From Myxococcota bacterium (GTDB taxonomy: Bacteria; Myxococcota_A; UBA9160; UBA4427), in assembly GCA_965250285.1 (NCBI GenBank), contig OZ252299.1:5024001-5088000 (forward strand): a DNA stretch of 64,000 nucleotides, in the 5' to 3' direction. Position 1 is the first letter of the stretch. The number at the start of each line of letters is the position of its first letter. Position numbers and translations under genes: made by a program. Shown piece after piece: positions 41,544 to 51,188 of this stretch. The notes under the pieces were generated by a model that was given only the letters and a program-made list of their open reading frames with translations, was not told where the DNA came from and did no database searches.

Positions 41544-42893
41544 TCAGGCGCGCAGCACGGCGTCCAGAATCGCGTCGGGGTCGTCGAGGCCGGTCTCGTC
41601 CTGCAAGGCGAGGCAGCGTTCGAGGATCTGTCCATATTCGGGCCCGGGCGAGTAGCCCCGCGCCACCAGGTGTCGGCCCTGGACGACCGCGGTCTTCGGA
41701 CCGTCCGCGATCCCGAGCGCGGCGACCCGTTCGAGGAACCGATCGCCCGCCTCGAAGCGCCCCGCGCGCGCGTCGTCGGTCGTGCGGCCCAGATGATCCG
41801 CGCGGGCGACGTCGGCGAGCAGCTTCGGTGAAACCCGCGCCGCGTCCAACCGGCGGACGAGTTTGCGAAACGCCTTGTCGCCCGAGCCCTGTCCGACGAG
41901 CTGCACGGGTGCCAGGTGTCGATCGACGAGCACCTCGATCTGACGGATCAAGCGATGGGACGCCTCGAGGCGCCGCAGAAAGCGGCGGGTCGGGTCTCGG
42001 CCAGCGCGTTCGTGCGCGATCGAGCGGATGCGCCCGTCCGGTTCTTCGCTCGTCGTGTCGGGCTTGCCGAAGTCGTGGCAGAGCGTCGCGAGCATCAGAG
42101 TCAGCGGTGCGTCGCTGGCCTCGCGCAGCGTCGCTGCGGCGTCGAGACACATCGCCGTGTGCACGAACACGTCGCCTTCGGGGTGCCACTTCGGGTCCTG
42201 AGGAACCCCGCGCAGCGCATCGATCTCGGGAAACGCGCGCAGCTGATCCATGCGTTGCAGCCACTCGAGGGTGAGCGACGGGCGCCGCGCGCGCGTGAGC
42301 GCCCGGGTCCACTCGAGCATGAGTCGCTCGCCGGGGACAGGGCCGAGATCCTGCTCGGCGCAGAGCGCGACGAGTGCATCGTCGGGCGTCATCTCGAGCC
42401 GCGCGGCCAGGCCCGCCGTGCGCAGCGCGCGCACGGGGTCGTCGCCGAAGCGATCCGGGCTCGTCGCGCGCAGGCGCGCGCGCTCGAGATCTTCGAGCCC
42501 GCCATGCGGATCGAGGACCCGCCCGCTGAGCGGATCGAAGGCCATCGCGTTGATCGTGAGGTCGCGGCGCAGCGCTGCCTCTGAGAATGAATCGTCGAGA
42601 CCTCGGCGTGTCGGCGCGACCCACGAGACGTCCGCGTCGAGCCCTGCCACGAGGCGAATCGCGAAGGCCTTGCCGACGGTCTGCACGGGCCCGATCTCGG
42701 CGAGGGCCGCGTCGAGTTCGGCCTCCTCGAGCCCGTGGACTTCGAGGTCGAGGTCGACCGGCGCTTCGCCGCGCAGCCGATCTCGCACCCAGCCCCCGAC
42801 GACGAGCGCGCGCCCGCCCCGCGCATCGACGCGCCGCGCGACATCGCGAATGCGCGCGGGCACGGCCGCGGGGTCGATCGCGTGCGCGCTCAT
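41544..42893 (-). CDS. cca: Class II tRNA nucleotidyltransferase with HD domain
   Basis: VGGWVRD, DLD, RRDLTINAM, DDPVRALR, HPEGDVFVH, CHDFGKP. Confidence 0.85.
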   Translation of the reverse strand: MSAHAIDPAAVPARIRDVARRVDARGGRALVVGGWVRDRLRGEAPVDLDLEVHGLEEAELDAALAEIGPVQTVGKAFAIRLVAGLDADVSWVAPTRRGLDDSFSEAALRRDLTINAMAFDPLSGRVLDPHGGLEDLERARLRATSPDRFGDDPVRALRTAGLAARLEMTPDDALVALCAEQDLGPVPGERLMLEWTRALTRARRPSLTLEWLQRMDQLRAFPEIDALRGVPQDPKWHPEGDVFVHTAMCLDAAATLREASDAPLTLMLATLCHDFGKPDTTSEEPDGRIRSIAHERAGRDPTRRFLRRLEASHRLIRQIEVLVDRHLAPVQLVGQGSGDKAFRKLVRRLDAARVSPKLLADVARADHLGRTTDDARAGRFEAGDRFLERVAALGIADGPKTAVVQGRHLVARGYSPGPEYGQILERCLALQDETGLDDPDAILDAVLRA

Positions 42894-43435
42894 CGGTCGG
42901 ACCTCTTTGCGCGGAGGAGGACATAGGTGGCGCCTTCACCGCCATCGCGCGGCTGCGCCGGTGCGAAGCCTCGCACCCAGGCATCGAGCGGAGGCGTGCG
43001 CAGCCAGCGCGGGAGCGCGCTCTTCAGCGTCGCCTCGCCGGTGGCGGTACTGCGGCCCCGTCCGTGGATCACGAGTACGCAACGATGTCGGGCCGCGGTC
43101 GCGACGCCGAACGCCTTCTGCAGCGTGCGCTGCGCCCCCACTCGGTCGAAGCCGTGCAGGTCGATGCGCTGGGTCGGAGGGGTTCGGCCCATGCGCAGCG
43201 CGGTGAACTCCTTCGGCGGGACATCGCCGCGAAACGCGTCATCGTCGAGCGCCTCGTCGTCGCCGTCTGCGGCATGGGCGGGGTCGGGTGCGCGGCGCCG
43301 CCCGGCTCGCCGGGGCACCGGCGAGCGCTGCTTCGACGTGATGCGCTGAGTCGTCTCGTCTTGACCGAACAGATCGGCGAAGTCGCGGCCGTCGTCCGCA
43401 TCGTCATCGCCGCGCCTCGCGGCTTCGTCGTTCAA
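42890..43435 (-). CDS. Smr-domain protein
   Basis: IDLHG, VLVIHGRG, DGGEGATYVLL. Confidence 0.9.
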   Translation of the reverse strand: MNDEAARRGDDDADDGRDFADLFGQDETTQRITSKQRSPVPRRAGRRRAPDPAHAADGDDEALDDDAFRGDVPPKEFTALRMGRTPPTQRIDLHGFDRVGAQRTLQKAFGVATAARHRCVLVIHGRGRSTATGEATLKSALPRWLRTPPLDAWVRGFAPAQPRDGGEGATYVLLRAKRSDR

Positions 43436-44604
43436 GGGGCTGCGCCCCGATGCGTGGCTCGGGCACGCTTCCGCGGCGACTCTTCGGGGCCTTCGCCCAG
43501 CAGCGCCAGCGCCTTTCGCATCGGCCCGGCCTGGGGCAGCGTCGCGAGCGTCGAAGGTGCCAGCCAGCGCGAAGCCTGGGGCCCGAGAAGGCGTACGCGC
43601 CCCTGTACGGCGCCAGCGCGATACACGTGCAGGGTCAGGCGCCGATGCGTGAACAGGTGCTCGACCGCGCCGATGCGATCGAGGCCATCGACCGTGAGGC
43701 CGGTCGAGTCGGCGACGTGCTCGGCGACGCGGGCCGCATCGGGGGCGGTCGACTCTTCGAGCTCGCCGCCGGGCAGCTCCCAGAGGTTGGCCATCAAGCC
43801 GGTCTCGGGACGCTGCACGACGAGCACCTTGCCCCGGCGTTCGATCCAGACGGCGACGCCCCCGATGGCCTTCGCCTTCTTGCGGCTCGGCTTCTTCGGC
43901 AGCGACTCAGCGTCGCCCGCCGCGGCCGCGTCGCACTGCGCGCGCACCGGACACGTGAGGCAGAGGGGCGCTTTCGGTAGACACGTGGTCGCGCCGAGCT
44001 CCATCATCGCCTGGTTGAAGTCGCCCGCGCGGCGGCCGGCCGCGACCAGCTGAGCGCTCCAATGCCATAGCCGATCGATCACCTTCTTCTGCGTCACGTC
44101 CTCGCGCAGCCCGCGCAGACGGGCCAGCACGCGGACGACGTTGCCATCGACGATGGCGGCCGGGCGATCGAATGCGATCGAAGCGACGGCACCGGCCGTG
44201 TAGGGGCCGATCCCCTTGAGCGCTCGCAGCGCGTCGGCCGAGTCGGGCAAGCGGCCGCCGTGCTCGCCGACGATCTGCCTGGCCGCCGCCTGCAGGTTGC
44301 GGGCGCGCGAGTAGTAGCCGAGGCCGGTCCAGGTTTCGTAGACGGCCTCCTGGTCGGCGTCGGCGAGTGCATGCACGTCGGGGAACCGCTCGAGGAAGCG
44401 GTGCCAGTAGGGGATCACGGTCTCGACGCGCGTCTGCTGCAGCATCGTTTCGCTGATCCAGATCGCGTACGGATCGCGGGTGTGTCGCCAGGGCAGATCG
44501 CGCTTGTGCCGGTCGTACCACGCAAGCAGTGCCTGGCGCGTCTCGCGCACCCAGACCTCGGGGATCGCGTCGCCGGGCGGGTCGGGTCGTCGTCGAGCGG
44601 CCAT
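43432..44604 (-). CDS. mutY: A/G-specific adenine glycosylase
   Basis: WISETMLQQTRV, GLGYYSRARNL, HhH GIGPYTAGA, VDGNV, Fe-S Cys cluster, C-terminal NUDIX-like domain. Confidence 0.95.
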   Translation of the reverse strand: MAARRRPDPPGDAIPEVWVRETRQALLAWYDRHKRDLPWRHTRDPYAIWISETMLQQTRVETVIPYWHRFLERFPDVHALADADQEAVYETWTGLGYYSRARNLQAAARQIVGEHGGRLPDSADALRALKGIGPYTAGAVASIAFDRPAAIVDGNVVRVLARLRGLREDVTQKKVIDRLWHWSAQLVAAGRRAGDFNQAMMELGATTCLPKAPLCLTCPVRAQCDAAAAGDAESLPKKPSRKKAKAIGGVAVWIERRGKVLVVQRPETGLMANLWELPGGELEESTAPDAARVAEHVADSTGLTVDGLDRIGAVEHLFTHRRLTLHVYRAGAVQGRVRLLGPQASRWLAPSTLATLPQAGPMRKALALLGEGPEESPRKRARATHRGAAP

Positions 44605-44691
44605 GCCCCGTTCATAGCAGCCGGGACCGGGAGAACCGAGTGTTCGGCCCGGCGCAGCGGTCCCCGGCGCGCGTCGCAAGGGGCGCGGCCC

Positions 44692-45432
44692 CTAGAGCCG
44701 TACCGGCAGGGTGCCTTCGAGGCGGATGGCGCGCGCCGTCACCCGGGCGCGGATCGCGACGATCTCGACGCCCTCTTTCGCGACTGCGCGAAGGGTCTCG
44801 CCGTACGCGGGGTCGATCTCGTCGGCCGGCGAGACGCTCGAGCAGTCGCCCCGCTGCACGCAGAAGAGCAGCACCGCCCGGTGCCCGGTCGCGCGCAGGC
44901 CTGCGAGCACTTCGAGGTGTTTGCGGCCGCGCTCGGTGACGGCGTCTGGGAAGAGCGCGCGCGCACTGTTCGCCATCGTCACGCTCTTGACCTCGACGTA
45001 GGCGTCTTCGTCGCGACGCCGATGTCGCGAGAGCCGGAAGTCGAGGCGACTGTTCGTCGAGATCTCGGCCGGCACGCTGGCCTCGGCGCGGATCTCGCGG
45101 TAGCCCGCGAGCCCGCTGATCGCGCCCGAGGCGAGTGCGCGCGAGGCCAGCTGGTTGGCACGCAGCGTGTGCAGCCCGACCCAGACTCGCCCGACGCGAA
45201 TCATTTCGAGGGTGTGCGCGAGCTTGCGTTTCGGGTTGTCGCTGGTCGAGCAGCGCACACGTGAGCCGGGCCGATCCGTGCCCCGCATGCTGCCGGGGTT
45301 GGGACAGTGCACGGTCACGACATCGCCGGAGGCCAGCTCGACGTCGGCGAGGAACCGCTTGTAGCGCCGCAGCAGACGGCCCTCGAGGTGGGCTTCGGGA
45401 TCGATCGAGACGGTCGGTTGACGCGGCGGCAT
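44692..45432 (-). CDS. sfsA: SfsA nuclease-fold protein
   Basis: RYKRFLADV, HCPNPGSM, EVKSVT, FPDAVTERGRKHL. Confidence 0.93.
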   Translation of the reverse strand: MPPRQPTVSIDPEAHLEGRLLRRYKRFLADVELASGDVVTVHCPNPGSMRGTDRPGSRVRCSTSDNPKRKLAHTLEMIRVGRVWVGLHTLRANQLASRALASGAISGLAGYREIRAEASVPAEISTNSRLDFRLSRHRRRDEDAYVEVKSVTMANSARALFPDAVTERGRKHLEVLAGLRATGHRAVLLFCVQRGDCSSVSPADEIDPAYGETLRAVAKEGVEIVAIRARVTARAIRLEGTLPVRL

Positions 45433-45501
45433 CGCAATCGCGAGGCTAGCAGCGATCGCGATCCCCCCGTTCGAATGACCTGGGGAACCTCTGCACGGTC
45501 C

Positions 45502-45770
45502 GCTGTGCCAGGGCCGGGGCAGGCGGGGGCACCGTGCTCAGACATTCTCGGCGCGATCCGCCAGGGAAGCTCGTTTGCCGCGCACGTCGCGCCTGCGAAC
45601 TGCGCGCGGTACCCCCGCCTGCCCCGGCCTCGAGAGGCTGTGCCAGGGCCGGGGCAGGCGGGGGCACCGTGCTCAGACATTCTCGGCGCGACCTGCCTGG
45701 GAAGCTCGTTTGTTGCGCACGTCGCGCCTGCGAACTGCGCGCGGTACCCCCGCCTGCCCCGGCCTCGGGA
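45502..45770. repeat. Two tandem 135-bp copies of a long-hairpin element with 23-bp terminal inverted repeats (REP/MITE-like)
   Basis: Units start at 45502 and 45637; arms GGCCGGGGCAGGCGGGGGCACCG / CGGTACCCCCGCCTGCCCCGGCC (1 mismatch). Confidence 0.9.
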
Positions 45771-45847
45771 CGTTTTGGTCGCAGCGCAGCGCGCTCCCCC
45801 AGGAAGCGCTCGCGGCGGGTGCGTGGGGCGAGTTCTGCAGGGCATCC

Positions 45848-46696
45848 CTAGCCGAGCACGTGGTAGCCCCCGTCGACGTGTCGAATCTCGCCGGTGATGC
45901 CGACGCCGCGTCGCAGCAGATGGCAGACCTCGTAGGCCAGCGCGTCGGGGCTGGCGTTGCCGAGCGGCGACTGCGCGTTGGCGCGTGCCTCCGCGTCGGA
46001 GAGGCCGGGGATCGCCCCGCCCGCGCGCGAGGCACTGTAGGGCGAGAATCGGATCGCGTTGACGCGCGTCTGCCGGTCGCGTCCGAGCTCGACGGCGAGC
46101 TCGGTCACGATGCGCTCGAGCGCGGCCTTCGCCACGCCGACGTTCCGATACGGGTGCGTCACTGAGCGTTCGGCCCCGATGTAGCTGAGCGCGACGAGCG
46201 AGGCGCCTCCACTCAGACGGCCCGTCTCGAGGAGCGCTCGCGTGAGCGCGATCATCGAGTAGGCCGACACGTTCATACACTCGAGGAACGCATCGCGGGG
46301 CGTGTCGATGAGGCGCGGGCTCTGGTCGCCTCGAATCGTGCGATCGAACGCCACGGCGTGGACGACGCCGTCGACGCACACGTCGAGATCAACGAGCGCC
46401 GCGCCGAGCGAAGCGAGGCTCTCGTCATTCGAGACGTTGCAGTCGAGCGTGGGCACATCCGCGCCGAGCTCGGCCTCGACCGTCTTGCGGAAGCCTTCGA
46501 AGCTCGATCGCAGGTGATCGAGGGCGCGCTCCGACGTCTCGGGCGGCGCGTGCTGCGGCCCGAGGCCTGTGCACAACAGGCGCGCACCCTGACGACGGAT
46601 CTCCCGCGCGATCGGAAGGGCAAGCGAGGCTTCGTCGGTGATCCCCGTGACGAGCACGCATCGGTCGGAGAGGGGGCCGGGTGATTCGACGTGCAT
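45848..46696 (-). CDS. fabI: Enoyl-ACP reductase (FabI-like SDR)
   Basis: LVTGITDEASLA, VHAVAF, SAYS, LSYIGAER...YRNVGVAKAALE, HVDGG. Confidence 0.8.
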   Translation of the reverse strand: MHVESPGPLSDRCVLVTGITDEASLALPIAREIRRQGARLLCTGLGPQHAPPETSERALDHLRSSFEGFRKTVEAELGADVPTLDCNVSNDESLASLGAALVDLDVCVDGVVHAVAFDRTIRGDQSPRLIDTPRDAFLECMNVSAYSMIALTRALLETGRLSGGASLVALSYIGAERSVTHPYRNVGVAKAALERIVTELAVELGRDRQTRVNAIRFSPYSASRAGGAIPGLSDAEARANAQSPLGNASPDALAYEVCHLLRRGVGITGEIRHVDGGYHVLG

Positions 46697-46777
46697 GGGA
46701 AGCTCCTGGCAGATTCGATTGTGCCTTGCCCGGGCAAGCGCCCCATGGCTCGGCGTAAGGTGGGAGAGCGAGGTCGT

Positions 46778-49276
46778 TCAGGCCTCGACCCAGACGCCGG
46801 GTTCGGCGGTGCGGCGAAGCAGGGGGGCTTCTGCGCTCGTCCAGGCCATCAGGTGGATCCAGCCATTCTCGACGAGCTCGCGGACGTGCTCGTGCCGGGC
46901 GAGCACTGCATCGAGATCATCGGGTGCCGCAGCGATGATCGCCGTCAGCTTGAGTGGCTCGTGCAGGTAGCGCTCGCCGTCGTGCACCGACTGCCAGGGC
47001 AACCCGACCTGCAGGTCGCTTGCGTTGCCGAGCTGCACCCCGTGTCGTCCGACCACGTTGTGGAGCGCCTTGTGGCCGCTGCCGAACGTGACGTTGTCGG
47101 TCGTCGACGCGAAGTACTGCAGGTTGATCCAGCTCGCGACGACGAGCGGCGCGGTCATGATCAGCTCGAGCACACTGCCTTCGGCATCGTCGCTCGCCTG
47201 GTAGTCGTGCAGGAACGTGCGCCCTCCGAGGTCGGTGCCCGTGGTCCAGGCCCGCGGCGCCGCGATGAATGCCGCGTTGCCGGCGAGGCCCCACTCGGGG
47301 CGTACTTCGGACCAGTCGCGCGATCGGCCCTGGATGCGCTTCGCGAGGTTGCCCTGCGCCCGCTCTCCGAGGTCGGGGGCGCGCTCGCATCGCGTGGCCG
47401 CCGTGGCGTCGTCGATCCACTGCTGGATGCGCGCACTCAGCTTGGGGTCGATCGAAGGCGCATCGAAGAACTCGACCGTGTCGCAGGTCGTGTCGTGCAG
47501 ACCGGCGATGAACACCGTGTCGTCGGGGATGTCGATGCCGCGTTCGGCGAGCCCGGCGCGGACATCGGGCGACTGGAGCGCCGCCGCCGCGACGCGCGCA
47601 TTCACATCGCCTCGGTGGCCGCCGCATGCGCCGCAGTCCAGGCCGGACGCGTAGGGGTTGTTCGTCGAGGTGCTGCCATGCCCGCAGATCAGCACGACTC
47701 GAGCGAAGTCTCGCACGAGACCCATGTTGCGCAGCGCTCCCTCGGCGAGGTCGATCTGCATGTCGAGTGTCAGACCGCTCTCGTGGTCGTGCGACGCATC
47801 GAGGCGCGGCGCGAAGCTCGAGTCGACCTCGCGCGCCCCCGGCCGGGTCCAGCCCAGCGAATCCGAGATCAGCCGACCGGCGAACCCCAGGCCGAGCGTC
47901 TCGACGAAGGGATACGCGAGGACCGAGAGCTTTCGAAGCGAACTCAGCCAAGCGGCGCTGTCTCGCTCGCCGACGAGGCGCTTCTCGTCGTTGTGAGAGC
48001 CTTCGCTGCAGACTCGGGCCGCCGGAGACAGGAGCACCGGGCACCGTGCGGAGCCGCTCGTCTGACCGACACCGACGTGTTCGAGTGCGAAGCCGAAGAA
48101 GCCGGCGAAGCCGATCGTGCGAATGCCCGGCGACTGCGCTTCGAGGTGTCGTCTCAGGACCTCCGAGCGCACGTCGATGCAGAACACGGCCTGGAGGTCG
48201 GGGCGCTCGGTTGTCGTCTCGCGGCCCGGCCCGGCCGTCAGGCGGCCGAGGAGCGCGTGCTGATACCCGAGCTCGTAGGCGTGCTGCCAGACGATTCGGC
48301 GCCCGGCGTCGCTCAAGAGTCCGCTCGGCGCGTCGCTCGCGGTCAAGTGACCCGCGCGCCGCAGCCTCAGCTGGTCGGGGGCCATCCGGTCGATCGCCCC
48401 GTCGAAGGCGATGCGCATGGCGAGCAGGTGCACGATGGTGTCGTCGACGTGGCCCACGAGTCGCGCCTCGTGATCGAGCCGTCGTGCGTAGCCCGCCCAG
48501 CCGGCGATCGTCGCGAGGGCCCGTGTCATGAACGGCACCCGCTGCTCGTGCGGAACGCCGATCTGTAGCAGCACCTTGGCGATCACCTCGACCGGGTCGT
48601 GGGGCAGGTCGCGTACGTAGTCGCGAAAGCCCGAGAGTCCGAGCAGCTCGGGGCTGGGGTCGATCGTGGCGTGGCTGCGCCAGGCTTCGAAGAGCGGCCG
48701 ATCGCGGTCGGGCTGAGCCCACGCGCTCTCGCCGAGATCGAACCGGCCCGAGCACCACCGGGCAATCTCGCGCTCGGCGAGGGTCGCGAACTCGGTGTTG
48801 CCGACCCGATCGACGGCCTCGGCCACCGTCTCGACGCGGAGACTCGCCCCTCCGGCGGCTTGGCCGTCGGCGAGCAGGGCCTCGAGCAGGTCGTCGGTGG
48901 CGATCTCCGCGAGTTCGGTTCGCTCGAGCATGCGCGGGGCGTCGCCGAGGGCGGCCAGCACGTTCGGGTGCGCGATGCGCCCCTGCTCGTACTGCGCGCG
49001 GTAGAAGGCGCTCGACATCGTGACTTCGCCGTGCAGCAGCTGATCGATCTGGTGCACTGCGTTGGCGTAGGTCGAGTCGGAGAAGCCCATGAAGGGGTTC
49101 ACCGCGACGAAGTTGCGCAGGCTCCAGAGCGGCGCGATGCGCGACGCGGCCTGCTCGATCTCGCTGCGGATCGAGTCGTCGCGGGGTGCTTCGACCGGGT
49201 CGTGCAGCTCGACGACCTGAGCGTGTGCCTCGTCGGCCGAGGCCGATTCGATCGGAGATTCGAGCTGGAAACTCAT
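46778..49276 (-). CDS. dabA: Inorganic carbon transporter subunit DabA (DUF2309, beta-CA-like)
   Basis: IAPLWSLRNFVAVNPFMG, FCIDVRSE, CGHGS, LDCGACGG zinc ligands, WSEVRPEWGLAGNA, HEPLKL. Confidence 0.93.
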   Translation of the reverse strand: MSFQLESPIESASADEAHAQVVELHDPVEAPRDDSIRSEIEQAASRIAPLWSLRNFVAVNPFMGFSDSTYANAVHQIDQLLHGEVTMSSAFYRAQYEQGRIAHPNVLAALGDAPRMLERTELAEIATDDLLEALLADGQAAGGASLRVETVAEAVDRVGNTEFATLAEREIARWCSGRFDLGESAWAQPDRDRPLFEAWRSHATIDPSPELLGLSGFRDYVRDLPHDPVEVIAKVLLQIGVPHEQRVPFMTRALATIAGWAGYARRLDHEARLVGHVDDTIVHLLAMRIAFDGAIDRMAPDQLRLRRAGHLTASDAPSGLLSDAGRRIVWQHAYELGYQHALLGRLTAGPGRETTTERPDLQAVFCIDVRSEVLRRHLEAQSPGIRTIGFAGFFGFALEHVGVGQTSGSARCPVLLSPAARVCSEGSHNDEKRLVGERDSAAWLSSLRKLSVLAYPFVETLGLGFAGRLISDSLGWTRPGAREVDSSFAPRLDASHDHESGLTLDMQIDLAEGALRNMGLVRDFARVVLICGHGSTSTNNPYASGLDCGACGGHRGDVNARVAAAALQSPDVRAGLAERGIDIPDDTVFIAGLHDTTCDTVEFFDAPSIDPKLSARIQQWIDDATAATRCERAPDLGERAQGNLAKRIQGRSRDWSEVRPEWGLAGNAAFIAAPRAWTTGTDLGGRTFLHDYQASDDAEGSVLELIMTAPLVVASWINLQYFASTTDNVTFGSGHKALHNVVGRHGVQLGNASDLQVGLPWQSVHDGERYLHEPLKLTAIIAAAPDDLDAVLARHEHVRELVENGWIHLMAWTSAEAPLLRRTAEPGVWVEA

Positions 49277-50910
49277 CGGATGACTCCTTCAGCGGGATGG
49301 GTCGACCGCGAGGCGATCGGAGAGACGGGCCACAGCCGCGAGACCAGTCGATTCTGCAGCGTGCCGATGTGGAAGCCGCGCGAGGCGTGCACCCAGGCGG
49401 CGCGCCCCAGTCGGGTCGTGCGCGCCCAGGCGCCTGCATACTGCGCGGCGAACGCGATCGCGAAGAGCGTCACGATGGCGGCCGTGAGCGGCATCGGTGT
49501 GGTCGGGATCGCGGCGGCGCTCGGGATCGCGCTCGCGATCGCGGCTTCGAAGAGACCGACGCCGGCGAAGTAGAGCAGCGCGATGACGGCGCCGACGGCG
49601 GCTCCGCTCACGATCCGCATCAGGGGGTGGCCGACCCGGACAGGAGGCGCGAGCACGAGCTGCGCCGTCGCCAGGGCGAGAATCGAACCCAACACCGTCA
49701 ATCCAGGCTTGGAGGCGAGTTCGATCCCGAGCGCCCACACAGTGCTCGTGACGACGAAGGTCCCGCTCGCGAGCGCGAGCACGACCAGCCAGGGGCCGGG
49801 CGTGGTGCGTGCATCGAGCGCCTTCCGGGGCGTGGGATCCGGATCGACCACCGATCCTGATGCGAGGAATGCGTGGGCCTTGTAGAAGGCGTGGCCCACC
49901 ATGTGAAGCGTGGCTGCGGCGAATGCGCCGACGCCGCACTGGAGCATCATGAAGCCCATCTGCGCGACGGTCGAGTAGGCGTACTTCCGCTTGACGTCGG
50001 TCTGAGGGAGCATCGCGAGCGCACCGACCAGCGCCGTCACGGCGCCCCCGGCCGCCAGCCAGGGCATCACGGCCGGCGCTTCGACGAGCAGCGGGCTCAT
50101 GCGGATGAGCAGCAGCCCCCCCATGTTGATGATCCCGGCGTGCATGAGCGCCGACACCGGCGTCGGCGTCTCGAGCGAATCGGGCAGCCAGGTGTGGAAG
50201 GGGAACTGTGCCGACTTGGTCATCGCGCCGAGCACCAGGAGCACTGCGATCGGCACGGTGGTCGACGGGGCTGCCCCGGGCAGCAGCGCGAACAGCTCGT
50301 CGTACTGGAGCGTCCCGAAGTCGACGGCGACCATCGTGAATGCGGCGAGCAGGAACAGGTCGCCGAGCCGGCTGGTCACGAACTTCTTGCGCGCCGCCAG
50401 CTGTGCCGCGGGTCGATCCGCGAAATGGGTCAGGAGCCGATGGAGACCGTGGCTCGTGGCGATCCAGCCGACGAGCACCTGGAAGAGGTCGGCGGCGACG
50501 ACCAGCAGCAGGACCGCACTGAGGGTGTAGGCGATCCACTGGCTGAAGCCGGCCTGGTTCGGGTCGCCGTCCATGTAGCGGATCGAGAAGCGAGCGACGA
50601 CCGCACCGACCATCGTCACGGTCATGAGCAGGAGCGCCGTGAGGCCGTCGTAGCGAGCGCCGAGGCCGAGCTCGAGCTCGCCGACGACCGGCACCTGGAA
50701 GACGTAGGCCGTGGTCGGCGCGGCACCACTCGCGAGCGCCACCGCTCCGAGGCCGAGCGCGGCAGCGAAGGAGAGGGCCGCGCTGAGCGCGGTGGCCTGA
50801 CGTGCGCGCGCTGCGTCGAAGCGCGCCGCTCGCGAGACCGCGAAACCGACGGTGCCGGGGAGGAGCGCCGCGCAGAGCGCCAGCAGGGCCGTTTCGGATG
50901 AGATCCACAT
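49273..50910 (-). CDS. dabB: Inorganic carbon transporter membrane subunit DabB (NuoL/MrpA-like)
   Basis: KSAQFPFHTWLPDSLETPTPVSALMHAG, YSTVAQMGFM, HAFYKAHAFL; ATGA-coupled to dabA; GAGGAG RBS. Confidence 0.92.
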   Translation of the reverse strand: MWISSETALLALCAALLPGTVGFAVSRAARFDAARARQATALSAALSFAAALGLGAVALASGAAPTTAYVFQVPVVGELELGLGARYDGLTALLLMTVTMVGAVVARFSIRYMDGDPNQAGFSQWIAYTLSAVLLLVVAADLFQVLVGWIATSHGLHRLLTHFADRPAAQLAARKKFVTSRLGDLFLLAAFTMVAVDFGTLQYDELFALLPGAAPSTTVPIAVLLVLGAMTKSAQFPFHTWLPDSLETPTPVSALMHAGIINMGGLLLIRMSPLLVEAPAVMPWLAAGGAVTALVGALAMLPQTDVKRKYAYSTVAQMGFMMLQCGVGAFAAATLHMVGHAFYKAHAFLASGSVVDPDPTPRKALDARTTPGPWLVVLALASGTFVVTSTVWALGIELASKPGLTVLGSILALATAQLVLAPPVRVGHPLMRIVSGAAVGAVIALLYFAGVGLFEAAIASAIPSAAAIPTTPMPLTAAIVTLFAIAFAAQYAGAWARTTRLGRAAWVHASRGFHIGTLQNRLVSRLWPVSPIASRSTHPAEGVIR

Positions 50911-51032
50911 GGTGCCTGTCTCCTCGCCTCTCGATTCCGGGGCTCGAGCAAGCGGCCTGTGTGGTCCCGCTTCTTCGTTCTGCCCGTGCTGCGAGAGGCA
51001 CACCCACGTCGGCAACCCCTCGGCGCCGCTGC

Positions 51033-51157
51033 ATCGAACAACACGACATAGATTTCGTCAAGTGAGATTCGCAAAATAAATTTCTGCGCGTCCTGAGATC
51101 CATCTCGCGAAAAAAAAGCCATGAACTGATTGACACGAAATTTGTATCGGGTAATTG
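51033..51157. promoter_or_regulatory. AT-rich divergent promoter region with three imperfect ACGAAAT-N2-ATTTCGT palindromes
   Basis: Sites at 51043-51058, 51071-51086 and 51135-51150; minus-strand TTGACG-17nt-TTCGAT; plus-strand TTGACA at 51130. Confidence 0.65.
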
Positions 51158-51188
51158 AAGTCGCGTTTGCAAAGGAGGCCACCGAGCC

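Noticed and set aside
41544..45432. cca-smr-mutY-sfsA as an anti-phage nuclease island
   Set aside because: All four are ordinary housekeeping families, with no compositional anomaly or mobility genes
45502..45770. Possible CRISPR array
   Set aside because: Only two 135-bp units with near-identical interiors, no unique spacers and no cas genes
49273..50910. NADH dehydrogenase subunit L or Mrp antiporter
   Set aside because: No other nuo or mrp genes, and coupling to DUF2309 identifies it as DabB
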